Positions 49,201 through 57,494 of a stretch of 64,000 nucleotides of DNA are shown here, in pieces. The stretch lies in assembly GCA_044222185.1 (NCBI GenBank), contig JBGANV010000001.1, forward strand, positions 1,632,001 to 1,696,000, given 5' to 3'. The notes under the pieces are model-generated. The model worked only from the letters and a program-made list of their open reading frames with translations, searched no databases and was not told the DNA's origin. Position 1 is the stretch's first letter. Each line of letters starts with the position of its first letter. The position numbers and the translations under genes were made by a program. Source of the DNA: Planctomycetota bacterium (GTDB lineage: Bacteria; Planctomycetota; GCA-002687715; CAIWVZ01).

Positions 49201-49859
49201 CCGCTGAGCGGCGCGATCGCGTTCACGGGCCCCTCGTGCGCCTTGCGTCGCACGGGCGCGGAAGCTCCGTCGAGCGCATGCTCGATCACGCTTCCATCCT
49301 CGCATCCAGCGACGAGACCCGCAGACGCGGAGCCGCTGCCGACGAACGCCAACGCCGTGCCGACGACCGGTGCCTTCGCCACGACCGTCTTCGCGGCCCC
49401 GGACGCGGCGTCCCACAACGCGATGCCCGAGGTCTCCGACGCCGTCGCCAGCCACGCTCCCGTCGAATCCACGGCAAGCTTCACCGGACCGTCCGTCGCA
49501 ACCTGTATGACGACGGGATCGGCCTTCGCCGCCACGTCGATGATGCGCACGACGCCGTTCGAGAGCCCGACCGCAACGCGACCGGACGGCAACCGCGCGA
49601 GTGACGTCACGGCCCACTCGAATCGCACCTGCGGCTCCGCCTGCGATTCGGTCACCGTCCACACGACGATCCGCCGATCGACCGCGAGCGCGACGTGATC
49701 CGAATCCAGCCACACGGCGTCAACCACGGGCGCTTCGAAGGGCCCCACGGCCCTGATCCGCGCCATCTGCGGTGCCCGCTCCTCCACTGCGACCGCGACT
49801 GCGGGGAACTGCCCGACGACCGCGCACGTCAGCGAGAGGAATGCAGCGGCGACCTTCAG
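46287..49859 (-). CDS. large WD40-repeat protein with C-terminal Ig-like domains; probable CTG start giving a signal peptide (alternative starts GTG 49787, ATG 49766)
   Basis: Many GH...V..VAF.PDG..LAS.S.D.T.R.WD repeats; the reading frame stays open upstream to CTG 49859, encoding MKVAAAFLSLTCAVVGQ. Confidence 0.85.
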   Translation of the reverse strand: MKVAAAFLSLTCAVVGQFPAVAVAVEERAPQMARIRAVGPFEAPVVDAVWLDSDHVALAVDRRIVVWTVTESQAEPQVRFEWAVTSLARLPSGRVAVGLSNGVVRIIDVAAKADPVVIQVATDGPVKLAVDSTGAWLATASETSGIALWDAASGAAKTVVAKAPVVGTALAFVGSGSASAGLVAGCEDGSVIEHALDGASAPVRRKAHEGPVNAIAPLSGAGYLTGGSDKRAIPWRNGVGGAPLGGHTSWVSAAAGWDDGRHAATGTADGLVATWMRSDGASGEAWTRTAAWRAHNGGVTALAASPTGKHFVSCGVDGTACLWESEPAPAYDLDRGHQADVFAVCWSPDGRLLASASGDQTARIWDAESGLVKVVCVGHTQTVTSVAFHPRSTFIATGSADGTVGLWRVDDGRRVATLVGHQAPVSAVAFDPTGRWIVSGSADRTVRIWDVESHELLRTLEGHRSDLKALVFSRDGTTLASAAADNTVRLWDPNDGRLVRTIHRGPALDHVHTIAFGPHASWIAGGSLSGLIQVWALPGGELVRTLQGHEGSVEGIGISPDGRVITSASADRTIRAWSSEDGTPLWTVRPHLLTAYAASPRPDGRVIATCSSDRTIKLLDNLTGRVLRTLPEVIRPITAVEVLSHQGSVVAGSGDGVLSCFWFTEQRDGPPHQRLAWIHTMDHDAEIVGLAHLEADDRVVAATADGTLATFAARTGMPRKSLVIQDRLTALARVGAKAGVAVGLSRGRVAIVDVDSAAVRLLDLPVPVGAVHVLACSDDGTRLAVGGEGSAVVIEVATGALLFQTDTLRDAVSSLSFSADGARLAVGCVDGTVAVCDLAMRRTTFQERRHTSAVVHVALAGATALDSVSADGSVWVDDASRRRAFLGHGSTTACSRGLAMFVSGHEDGTLQWVLPREATSRTLSGAVTRDGHWMLRSGDQATHSGWSRIVTSQPGAEGAVTYAAPPAGGSTTLTVDATDVELDDCDRDGAEISLFIHDTTANPALEVHVSAVTNGAPGVLVEPVPTIGVIDGVVERRLRITRILAPSTESRPADERVEIRVESRNAGVTLKSVRVRTRRPRITPIGFVALPPDATHHARIQFALQNDGDQPTGPGRILAGLALGESEPAYEVVHTVASIAPGETSPVVSIEVPADAAEQGVALVFVCDRWPTQRWQLANTTDTRPTSRPK

Positions 49860-50908
49860 CGCAAGCCCTCCAGGCAGCGCTTGAGGAACCCGAGCCGCGC
49901 GTCCACCTCCCGGCTCACGATCGTGTCCGGGTGCGCCTTCTTCAGAGCTTCCAGGTCTTCGATCACGTGTTCCCCGTCGTGAAGCGTCTGGAATCCACGA
50001 GTGGCCACGGACCGGACGTCCTTCTGCGCCTGGATGAGCCGGCGCGTCGTTTCGCTCCCCGCCATGGCTTCCTGAACGTTCTTCACGCGCTCCGCGAGAG
50101 GACCGCCTGCGACGACACGGACGATGGACTCGCAGCGCTCCGTCGCACCGAGCCAGTCACCCGCACGATAGGTTGCCTCGGCCGCACGAACCCGATTCTC
50201 GATCAACTGCTCGACCCAGCGGGTCACGTCCTGCATCGAGACCGTGGACGACGTCGCGTCCGTCGTGCGCGACTCGGCTGGCCCGGACTCGGCCGTCGAC
50301 GAACCCGCAGCGCGCGACTCGGCGCCTCGGCCTGCCAGCGTGCGTGCCGCCAGGAGATCGTCGGCCAGGATCGCCGTGCGAATCTCCTGTGTCTCCGCGG
50401 GCCAGTCGAACATCGGGACGGGCACCGCCCCCGGCAACGCCGCGCGGATCATCTCCTCGTTCAACCCCGATGGATGGCCCGCGTAGGCCACGTTGCCCGT
50501 CGCGTCCACCAGGACGGCGAACGGCAGGTCGAACACGTTGAATGGTCCCGCCAGTTCGAAGTCCGCGTCATAGGCGTAGGCGTAGCGCACCTTGCGCAGT
50601 TTCACCCACTGCTCCGTGTTCTCCTTGTAGCCGCCGGTCACGCCGACGATCGAGAGGCCCCGCCTGCCGTACTTGTCCTGCAAGGCGTTCAGCTTGGGAA
50701 CCTCTTCACCGCAAGGCGGTCACCAATACATGAAGAACTCGAGGAGCAGGGTCCGGCCCCGGAACTCCGCGAGTGTCTTCGCGCGCGTGTTGGCCCAGTC
50801 GTGCAGCCGTGCCGGGGGCAATGGGCTGCCGACGAGTTGCGCGGGCATGGCACAGGTCACCGCGATCACCGCGGCGCAAACGGCCGCTCCCTTCCGAAAA
50901 CCGATCAT
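49856..50908 (-). CDS. exported TlpA/redoxin-family selenoprotein (U63, UxxC) with helical C-terminal domain
   Basis: ORFs 50720-51073 and 49856-50683 share a frame and are separated only by TGA 50722-50720, giving GRTLLLEFFMYW-U-PPCGEEVPKLNALQDKY; cis-Pro DLPFAVLVDATG; selA/selC present. Confidence 0.9.
50682..50719 (-). promoter_or_regulatory. candidate bacterial SECIS element
   Basis: GG(U)GAA-GAGG-UUCCC hairpin at +10..+24 after UGA, with bulged U and G-rich loop; alternative fold AAGAGGUUC/GAACGCCUU; folded by eye. Confidence 0.5.
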
Positions 50909-51024
50909 GCCGACGTCCTTCCGTGGTTCGAGCGCGACCGTGGAGGCAGTCCGGGTGCCGAGTCGACCCACAGGCGGGGATTGTAGGGAGGCAGCCGCGC
51001 TCCGATCAACGTAAGCTTGCCGCC

Positions 51025-51963
51025 ATGCCGGAACTTCCGGACGTCGTCGTCTACGTCGAAGCGATCGAAGCACGGCTCGCCGGGCGCGTCATCGAACGCG
51101 TGCGCGTCCTGAGCCCGTTCGTCGTGCGGACGGTCGAACCGCCGATCCTCGCGCTGGAGTCGCGCCGGGTCCTCGGGGTGCGACGACTCGGGAAACGCAT
51201 CGTGATCGCAGTGGAAGGGGACCTGTTCCTCGTCGTTCACCTGATGATCTCCGGGCGCTTCCGGTGGGAGCGACCCGACGCCAAGGTCAACCGCCGGCTA
51301 TGGCTCGCGACGTTCACCTGCGAAACGGGGATGCTGGTGCTGACCGAGGCGAGCACGAAGCGACGCGCCTCGATCCACGTGGTCGACGGGGCGGCAGCAC
51401 TCGCGCTGCACGACCCGGGCGGCCAGGATGTCCTCATCGCGACGCAGGATTCGTTCCGCGCGGCCCTCCGGCGCGAGAACCGGACACTCAAGCGAGCGCT
51501 CACCGATCCGCGCCTCTTCGACGGCATCGGGAACGCGTACTCCGACGAGATCCTCCACGCGGCGCGCCTTTCGCCACTCGCGCTCACGCGTTCGCTCGAC
51601 GACGAAGAAGCCGAGCGGCTGCGCGTCGCGGCGACCGCGACGCTCACGCGCTGGACCCAGCGCCTGCGAACCGAAACCGGAGCCGACTTCCCGACGAAGG
51701 TCACGGCCTTCCGCCCGGACATGGCCGTCCACGGCCGGTACGGAAAGGCGTGCCCGGTCTGCGACACGCTCGTCCAGCGCATCGTCTACGCCGAGAACGA
51801 GGCGAACTACTGCCCCCGTTGTCAGACTCGAGGGAAGCTCCTCGCCGATCGTTCGCTCTCGCGGCTGCTCCACGAGGATTGGCCGAAGACGATCGACGAA
51901 CTCGAATCGCAGATGCCGGCCGCGACGCCCCAGATGCGAAATCGGCCTACGGGCGACCGCTGA
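51025..51963 (+). CDS. Fpg/Nei family DNA glycosylase/AP lyase
   Basis: N-terminal MPELPDV, RRLGK, H2TH GIGNAYSDEILH, zinc finger CPVC...CPRCQ. Confidence 0.93.
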   Translation: MPELPDVVVYVEAIEARLAGRVIERVRVLSPFVVRTVEPPILALESRRVLGVRRLGKRIVIAVEGDLFLVVHLMISGRFRWERPDAKVNRRLWLATFTCETGMLVLTEASTKRRASIHVVDGAAALALHDPGGQDVLIATQDSFRAALRRENRTLKRALTDPRLFDGIGNAYSDEILHAARLSPLALTRSLDDEEAERLRVAATATLTRWTQRLRTETGADFPTKVTAFRPDMAVHGRYGKACPVCDTLVQRIVYAENEANYCPRCQTRGKLLADRSLSRLLHEDWPKTIDELESQMPAATPQMRNRPTGDR

Positions 51964-52033
51964 CCTCGGCCGGATGCGCGCGCTCTCGGGCACGGCTATA
52001 CTCGCGCCTTCACGTTTGCCGAGGCAGAACCCG

Positions 52034-53977
52034 ATGCTCACGTCCGCTGCACGCCGCCACGCCGTCAGATTCGTACTTTCCTCGATCCTCGCGGTCGCCG
52101 CGGCGGCTCAGGCCCCCGAACTCCTCCCCCGCGCAGCGCTCCTGGCGACGACGGGCGGCGCCACACCCCGCCTCTCTCCCGACGGCCGCATGCTCGCGTA
52201 CGTCACGCCGCAGGCCAACGCAGCGAGCCTGTTCATCCGCAAGATCAACGACCGCGAGCCGAAGATGATCGCCACCGATCGCCGGGGACACCTCGAGCTG
52301 ATCGGATGGCAACACGATTCGCAGGCGGTCCTGTTCCGGCAGGATCGCGAAGGCGACGACGTGTGGCACATCTATCAATACCAGCTCGGCGCCCAGGTCG
52401 TGCGCGACCTCACGCCACTCGTCGGCATCACGGCGTCGCTTGCCGTGGCTCACTCGGTCACGCCGCACCAGCTCTTGGTGCAAATGGTCGTACCCGCACA
52501 CGGGGTCCTCGACGTGTTCCGAGTGAGCCTCGTGACGGGAGAGCTGCTCCCCGACACGCTGAACCCTGGCGCTGCTACGGGCTTCGCCGTGGACAACGAG
52601 ATGCAGATCCGCGGAATGATCGCGGCGTCAGCCACCGGCGGGGGCGAGATTCACGGCCGCGTCAACGCCCAATCGCCGTGGAAGCCGATGCTCGCCTGGA
52701 CCGCGGCGGATGCAATCCCACGCATCGTCGGCTTCAACGCGATGAACACGTCCATGCGGATCCTGACGGACGTGAAAGCCCGCGCCGTGCGACTCCTCGA
52801 GGTCGACCTCGCGACGGGTGAGTCGCGAACGCTCGCCGAGGATCCGACCTACGACGTGAGCGATGTACTGATCCACCAGAAGACGCAAGCCGTTCAAGCC
52901 GTCCGCTTCCTGAAGGACCGGAGCGAGTGGAGCATCCTCGATCCCGAGGTGAAGGCCGACTTCGCCGCCCTGAAGCAGATACGTGATGGTGACTGGCGCA
53001 TCGTCGCACGCGATGCGGCAGATGCCACGTGGGTCGCGGGCTGCGACGTGGACGACGGGCCGACGCAGTTCAGCGTCCTCGAGCGCCCCTCGCGCAAATC
53101 GCACCGTCTGATGTCCGACCGGCCATCGATCGAGCGATACAGGTTCGCGAAGACCTCCTCAGTCTCCTTCAAGGCTCGCGACGGGCTTTCGATCCCGGGT
53201 TACCTCACCATTCCCGCCGGGGTCGAAGCCAAGGCTCTGCCGACGGTGGTGAAAGTCCACGAGGGGCCATGGATCAGGGACACCTGGGGGTTCGATCCGG
53301 AGGTGCAATGGCTCGCGAACCGCGGATATGCAGTGCTCCAGGTGAACTTCCGCGGGTCCGCAGGACTGGGCCGTGACTTCCTCGACGCGGGCAACCGTGA
53401 GTGGGGCGGCAAGATGAACACGGACCTGGTCGACGCGAAGAACTGGGTCGTCGCGCAGGGGGTCGCCGATCCCAAGCGGATCGGAATCATGGGCGAGAAC
53501 TACGGCGGTTACGCGTCGCTCGTGGCGATGACCGCCACCCCCGAAGAATTCACCTGCGCCGTCGCCGCGTTCGCGCCGACGAACCTCGTGGCTCTCGTTC
53601 GCAGCGTTCCGCCGACGATGACGGGTGTGCTCGATCTGTTCTCGCGACGCATCGGCAGCGCCGAGCGCGAGGAGCCGTTCCTCCGTTCGCGCTCCCCACT
53701 CTTCAGCGCACAGGCCACGAAACGACCGGTGCTCGTCGTCGCAGGTGCAAAAGACCCCCGCGCACTTGTCTCCGAGACAACTCAATTCGTCGACTCCGTA
53801 CGCAAGGCCGGCAAGAGCGCCGACTTCCTCGTGTTCGAAGACGAATCGAGCGGGCTCACTCGAACGAGCAACCGCCTGAAGTACTACGCCGCGGTAGAAG
53901 CCTTCCTCGCGAAACACCTGGGAGGCCGCGCCGAGCCGCCGACCCAGCGCGAAGGCCTCGACGACCTTCGGAAGTGA
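52034..53977 (+). CDS. exported S9 (acylaminoacyl-peptidase-like) homologue, catalytic Ser and His absent
   Basis: Beta-propeller + alpha/beta hydrolase (WLANRGYAVLQVNFRGS); GENYGG in place of GxSYGG and DESSG in place of DEGHG. Confidence 0.85.
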   Translation: MLTSAARRHAVRFVLSSILAVAAAAQAPELLPRAALLATTGGATPRLSPDGRMLAYVTPQANAASLFIRKINDREPKMIATDRRGHLELIGWQHDSQAVLFRQDREGDDVWHIYQYQLGAQVVRDLTPLVGITASLAVAHSVTPHQLLVQMVVPAHGVLDVFRVSLVTGELLPDTLNPGAATGFAVDNEMQIRGMIAASATGGGEIHGRVNAQSPWKPMLAWTAADAIPRIVGFNAMNTSMRILTDVKARAVRLLEVDLATGESRTLAEDPTYDVSDVLIHQKTQAVQAVRFLKDRSEWSILDPEVKADFAALKQIRDGDWRIVARDAADATWVAGCDVDDGPTQFSVLERPSRKSHRLMSDRPSIERYRFAKTSSVSFKARDGLSIPGYLTIPAGVEAKALPTVVKVHEGPWIRDTWGFDPEVQWLANRGYAVLQVNFRGSAGLGRDFLDAGNREWGGKMNTDLVDAKNWVVAQGVADPKRIGIMGENYGGYASLVAMTATPEEFTCAVAAFAPTNLVALVRSVPPTMTGVLDLFSRRIGSAEREEPFLRSRSPLFSAQATKRPVLVVAGAKDPRALVSETTQFVDSVRKAGKSADFLVFEDESSGLTRTSNRLKYYAAVEAFLAKHLGGRAEPPTQREGLDDLRK

Positions 53978-54050
53978 GGCGACCACGGAGTCATCCTCAC
54001 GGCCGGCCGTAACTCCGATCGCCACCCGCGCCCGGCGCGACGAGGATTCC

Positions 54051-55163
54051 ATGACGCATTCACGACGCCGCTTCTTGAAGACATCGTTCGCCGCGCTCGC
54101 TGCCGCAAGCGCCGGCAGACTGGCATTCGGACAGGAGGCGCCGGCATCCAGGCCCTCGGCGCCGCGCGGACTGAAGATCCTCGTTCTCGGCGGCACTGGC
54201 TTTCTCGGGCCGCACGTGGTCGAGCGCGCCGTCGCGCGCGGACACACGATGACTCTCTTCAATCGCGGCAAGACCCACCCGGGACTCTTCCCCGATCTCG
54301 AGAAGCTCACGGGCGATCGCAACGGCAAACTCGATGCGTTGAAGGGCCGCGTGTTCGACGCGGTCGTCGACACGTCGGGCTACGTTCCGCGGCACGTGAA
54401 GCTCTCCGCGGAGCTGCTCCGCGAGTCCGGTCATTACGTCTTCGTGTCCACCTGCTCGGTCTATCCGAAGATGGACGAGGAAGACACGGACGAATCGACC
54501 CCCGTCGGGACCATCGAGGACGAGACGACGGAGAAAGTGACGAACGCGTCCTACGGACCGCTGAAGGCCCTCTGCGAAAAGGCCGCCGAAGCGGCGATGC
54601 CCGGAAAGGTCACCGCGCTTCGCCCAGGCCTGATCGTCGGCCCGGGCGACGAGACCGATCGCTTCACCTATTGGCCCGTTCGGGTCGCCGGTGGCGGCGA
54701 GGTTCTCGCGCCGGGTTCGCCGGACTTCACGACCCAGTTCGTCGACGTGCGCGATCTCGCCGAGCTCATTATCGGCGTGATCGAGCGGAAGACCTTCGGC
54801 ACGATGAACGTGGTCTGCCCGCCCGTGAAGATGGGCGACGTTCTCGCTGCGTGCAAGAAGGCCTCCAAGAGCGACGCCACGTTCACCTGGTGCGACACCG
54901 AGTTCCTGGCAGCCCAGCGCGTGGCGCCGTGGTCGGACATGCCCGCGTGGTTCCCGCCCCCGAAGGGCAAGGACCGCGTCCCCGCACTCAGCCAGGCCCG
55001 TGCCGCCAAGGCCGGCCTGACCATCCGCTCCCTGGAAGAGACCTGCGCGGCCACTCTGAGCTGGTTCAACAAGCTCGAACCGAAGCGCGGCCTGAAGTCG
55101 GGCATCAAAGCCTCACGCGAGAAGGAAGTCCTCTCAGCGTGGCACGCGGCCAAGGGCAAGTAG
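54051..55163 (+). CDS. Tat-exported NAD-dependent epimerase/dehydratase family protein
   Basis: SRRRFLK twin-arginine signal; ILVLGGTGFLG; YGPLK; RPGLIVGPGD. Confidence 0.9.
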   Translation: MTHSRRRFLKTSFAALAAASAGRLAFGQEAPASRPSAPRGLKILVLGGTGFLGPHVVERAVARGHTMTLFNRGKTHPGLFPDLEKLTGDRNGKLDALKGRVFDAVVDTSGYVPRHVKLSAELLRESGHYVFVSTCSVYPKMDEEDTDESTPVGTIEDETTEKVTNASYGPLKALCEKAAEAAMPGKVTALRPGLIVGPGDETDRFTYWPVRVAGGGEVLAPGSPDFTTQFVDVRDLAELIIGVIERKTFGTMNVVCPPVKMGDVLAACKKASKSDATFTWCDTEFLAAQRVAPWSDMPAWFPPPKGKDRVPALSQARAAKAGLTIRSLEETCAATLSWFNKLEPKRGLKSGIKASREKEVLSAWHAAKGK

Positions 55164-55172
55164 GCCGCTCCC

Positions 55173-56519
55173 GTGACGCCAGTGGTCCAGCCGGGAGGCG
55201 CGACGACGCCGTCGCCGTCCCGGATGCGGCGCATCTTCCGTTGGGTCGTCGACGTCCGCGACGGCGAAGAAGGCGCGGCTCTGTGGGCCTTTGCGTTCTT
55301 CTTCTGCCTCATGGCGGGGTACTACGTCCTCCGTCCTCTCCGTGAGGAGATGGGAACGCGGGGTGGCACGAAGAACCTGCCTTGGCTGTTCCTCGGGACG
55401 TTCCTGACGTCGTTGGCACTCGTCCCGATCTACAGCGCCATCGTGGCCCGGTTCCCGCGGCGGGTGATGATCCCCATCGTCTACCGGTTCCTCGCTGCGA
55501 ACCTGCTCCTGTTCTGGTGCCTGTTCCGGTTCGCGGGACCGGACCACCAGGTGGGAATCGCCAGAGCGTTCTTCATCTGGACGACGGTCTACGTCGTGTT
55601 CGTCGTCGCCGTGCTGTGGAGCTTCATGGCGGACATCTTCTCGCAGGAGCGGGGGAAGCGGCTGTTCGCCTTCATCGGCGCTGGCGGGACGGTGGGCGCG
55701 GTCGTCGGTTCGTCCGCGACGCGCATCCTCTCGGCGCACGTTCCGGTGGAAGCTCTCCTCTTCGTTCCGCTCGTGCTCCTGGAGGTCGGTGTGTTCTGCA
55801 CCCGCCGCCTCCAGGTCGCGGCGTTGACGTTGTCGTCCGACGCGAAGACGTCCGCTGCGCGTACCGGCGAGCCCGTGGGCGGCACGATGCTGGACGGCTT
55901 TCTGACGATGATCGGCTCGCCCTACCTCGTGGGCATAGGGGCCTACATCCTCCTCACGACGATGATGGGGACCTACGGATACACGTTCCAGAACGCCCTC
56001 GTCAAAGCGGCTCACGGGACGAGCGAAGCGCGGGTCGCCGCATTCGCGGACATCAATCTCTACTCCAACTCGCTCTCGCTCATCCTGCAACTCATGACGA
56101 CGTCGCGGCTCATCGCTCGCTTCGGCGTCGGCAGGATTCTGGCGATCCTCCCCGCGCTGAACGTCGTCGGGTTCACCGTGCTCGGCGTCCAGCCGACGCT
56201 CGACGTCCTGTTCTGGTTCGAGGTGCTGCGCCGCGCATTCGCGTTCGCGTTCACCTCTCCCTCGCGCGAAGTCCTGTTCACGATCACGTCGCGTGACGTG
56301 AAGTACAAATCGAAGAGCTTCATCGACGTCGTCATCTACCGAGGCGGCGATTACGTCAGCTCCCAGTGGACGGGCCTTCTGTTCGGCTTCGGCCTCGACA
56401 TCGCGGCCATCTCCTGGACGGGCGTTCCATTGTCGATCGCGTGGATGTGGCTCGCGGGCTGGCTCGGCCGAAAGAAGGACCAGCTCGCGCCCGCGGCCGC
56501 ACCGTCACGCGCCACATAG
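55173..56519 (+). CDS. MFS transporter, NTP/NDP exchange (TLC/Npt)-like family
   Basis: YYVLRPLREE, LWSFMADIF...GKRLF, PSREVLFT...KYKSKSFIDVVIYRGGD; about 12 TM helices. Confidence 0.85.
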   Translation: MTPVVQPGGATTPSPSRMRRIFRWVVDVRDGEEGAALWAFAFFFCLMAGYYVLRPLREEMGTRGGTKNLPWLFLGTFLTSLALVPIYSAIVARFPRRVMIPIVYRFLAANLLLFWCLFRFAGPDHQVGIARAFFIWTTVYVVFVVAVLWSFMADIFSQERGKRLFAFIGAGGTVGAVVGSSATRILSAHVPVEALLFVPLVLLEVGVFCTRRLQVAALTLSSDAKTSAARTGEPVGGTMLDGFLTMIGSPYLVGIGAYILLTTMMGTYGYTFQNALVKAAHGTSEARVAAFADINLYSNSLSLILQLMTTSRLIARFGVGRILAILPALNVVGFTVLGVQPTLDVLFWFEVLRRAFAFAFTSPSREVLFTITSRDVKYKSKSFIDVVIYRGGDYVSSQWTGLLFGFGLDIAAISWTGVPLSIAWMWLAGWLGRKKDQLAPAAAPSRAT

Positions 56520-56537
56520 GCCCCGCAGATCGCCGAC

Positions 56538-57479
56538 TCAGCGCTTCCTTCGTCCGAAGTCGGGCTCGCGAACGCAGAACGTCGTCGTCCGCGCCGCCAG
56601 GTTCAGCTTGAAGTAGAGGCCCTGCGTCGCGCGGATGTCGATCGTCGGCATGGCGACCAACGGCGTCCGGTCCTTCTCCTTCAGGTCCGACCAGTTCGTG
56701 ACGGCGTATTGATCGACGCTCACGGGCGTCGCCGCCGAACCGTCGGGGCCGGGGCCGTCGGACGCCGTGCAGCAGCCGATCTGGTCGCCCTGCACGAGGA
56801 CGTTGAAGACGCGCATGCGCGTCGAGTCCACTCCGTCCGCGTGTCGCAACGTGAGAAGCGGGGCGGGCACGCCAGCCGCGCCGAGACTCGTGACGAGGTC
56901 CGCGGGCAGGGGCCAGGCCGTCGCGGTCCAGCCGGCGGACGACCGGTCGGTGCCGGTCCACGTGGTGCCGCGCAGAGTGAAGGCATCACCGCCCAGTCGC
57001 AATTCGAGCGACACGGGGATGCCGCCGTCCTTCTGCGCCTTGCCCTGACTCCAGCGCGCGTCGAGCCGTGCGGCCCGAGTCGCCAGCGGTGCGCGGACGA
57101 GAGGAACCTGCACCTCGCTGCCCGGGAGGCTGCCACCGTCCAGATGCCGAGGAACGTTCGCGAGCTTCAGCGTCCAGGTGTTCGCATCGGCATGATCGAG
57201 GCTCGCGCCGTAGCGTCCCGGGGCGAGCATCCCGTCTTCGGTGCGCAGCGGAGCCTCGACCACCAGGACCGTGCTCGGGGATCCGAAGTTCCACGCGGAG
57301 CCCGTCGCGACGACGACCCCATCCGCGGGTTCAGGCACGGCCACGTACTCGAACCGCGAGCGCGCGCCCTCGATCTTCAGTTCTGCCGACTGTCGCTGGG
57401 GAGCCTTCGCGGACTGGCCGGACCCGACGCAGCACACGAGTGAGACGACGACCGGAGACCACCGGAACCAGTGCTTCAT
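56538..57479 (-). CDS. exported DUF2911-like protein
   Basis: Signal peptide GSG-Q; FEY..P...GSAWNFG...LAPGRYG resembles the gene at 60440. Confidence 0.6.
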   Translation of the reverse strand: MKHWFRWSPVVVSLVCCVGSGQSAKAPQRQSAELKIEGARSRFEYVAVPEPADGVVVATGSAWNFGSPSTVLVVEAPLRTEDGMLAPGRYGASLDHADANTWTLKLANVPRHLDGGSLPGSEVQVPLVRAPLATRAARLDARWSQGKAQKDGGIPVSLELRLGGDAFTLRGTTWTGTDRSSAGWTATAWPLPADLVTSLGAAGVPAPLLTLRHADGVDSTRMRVFNVLVQGDQIGCCTASDGPGPDGSAATPVSVDQYAVTNWSDLKEKDRTPLVAMPTIDIRATQGLYFKLNLAARTTTFCVREPDFGRRKR

Positions 57480-57494
57480 GACGATTCCCTTTCA

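Noticed and set aside
45168-49604. 1478-aa plus-strand ORF, and other long antisense ORFs such as 24726-27998, 15624-17636 and 18809-20587
   Set aside because: These are shadow ORFs opposite recognisable genes, expected at high GC; they are Arg/Pro-rich with no motifs.
49856-50908. Redoxin as a nonsense-mutated pseudogene or two separate genes
   Set aside because: The only interruption is TGA at the catalytic Cys position, both halves are intact, and Sec machinery is present.
46287-50908. Selenoprotein-WD40 fusion by frameshift or assembly indel
   Set aside because: The WD40 frame begins with its own signal-peptide-like segment and a Shine-Dalgarno, which fits re-initiation better; a fusion cannot be fully excluded without reads.
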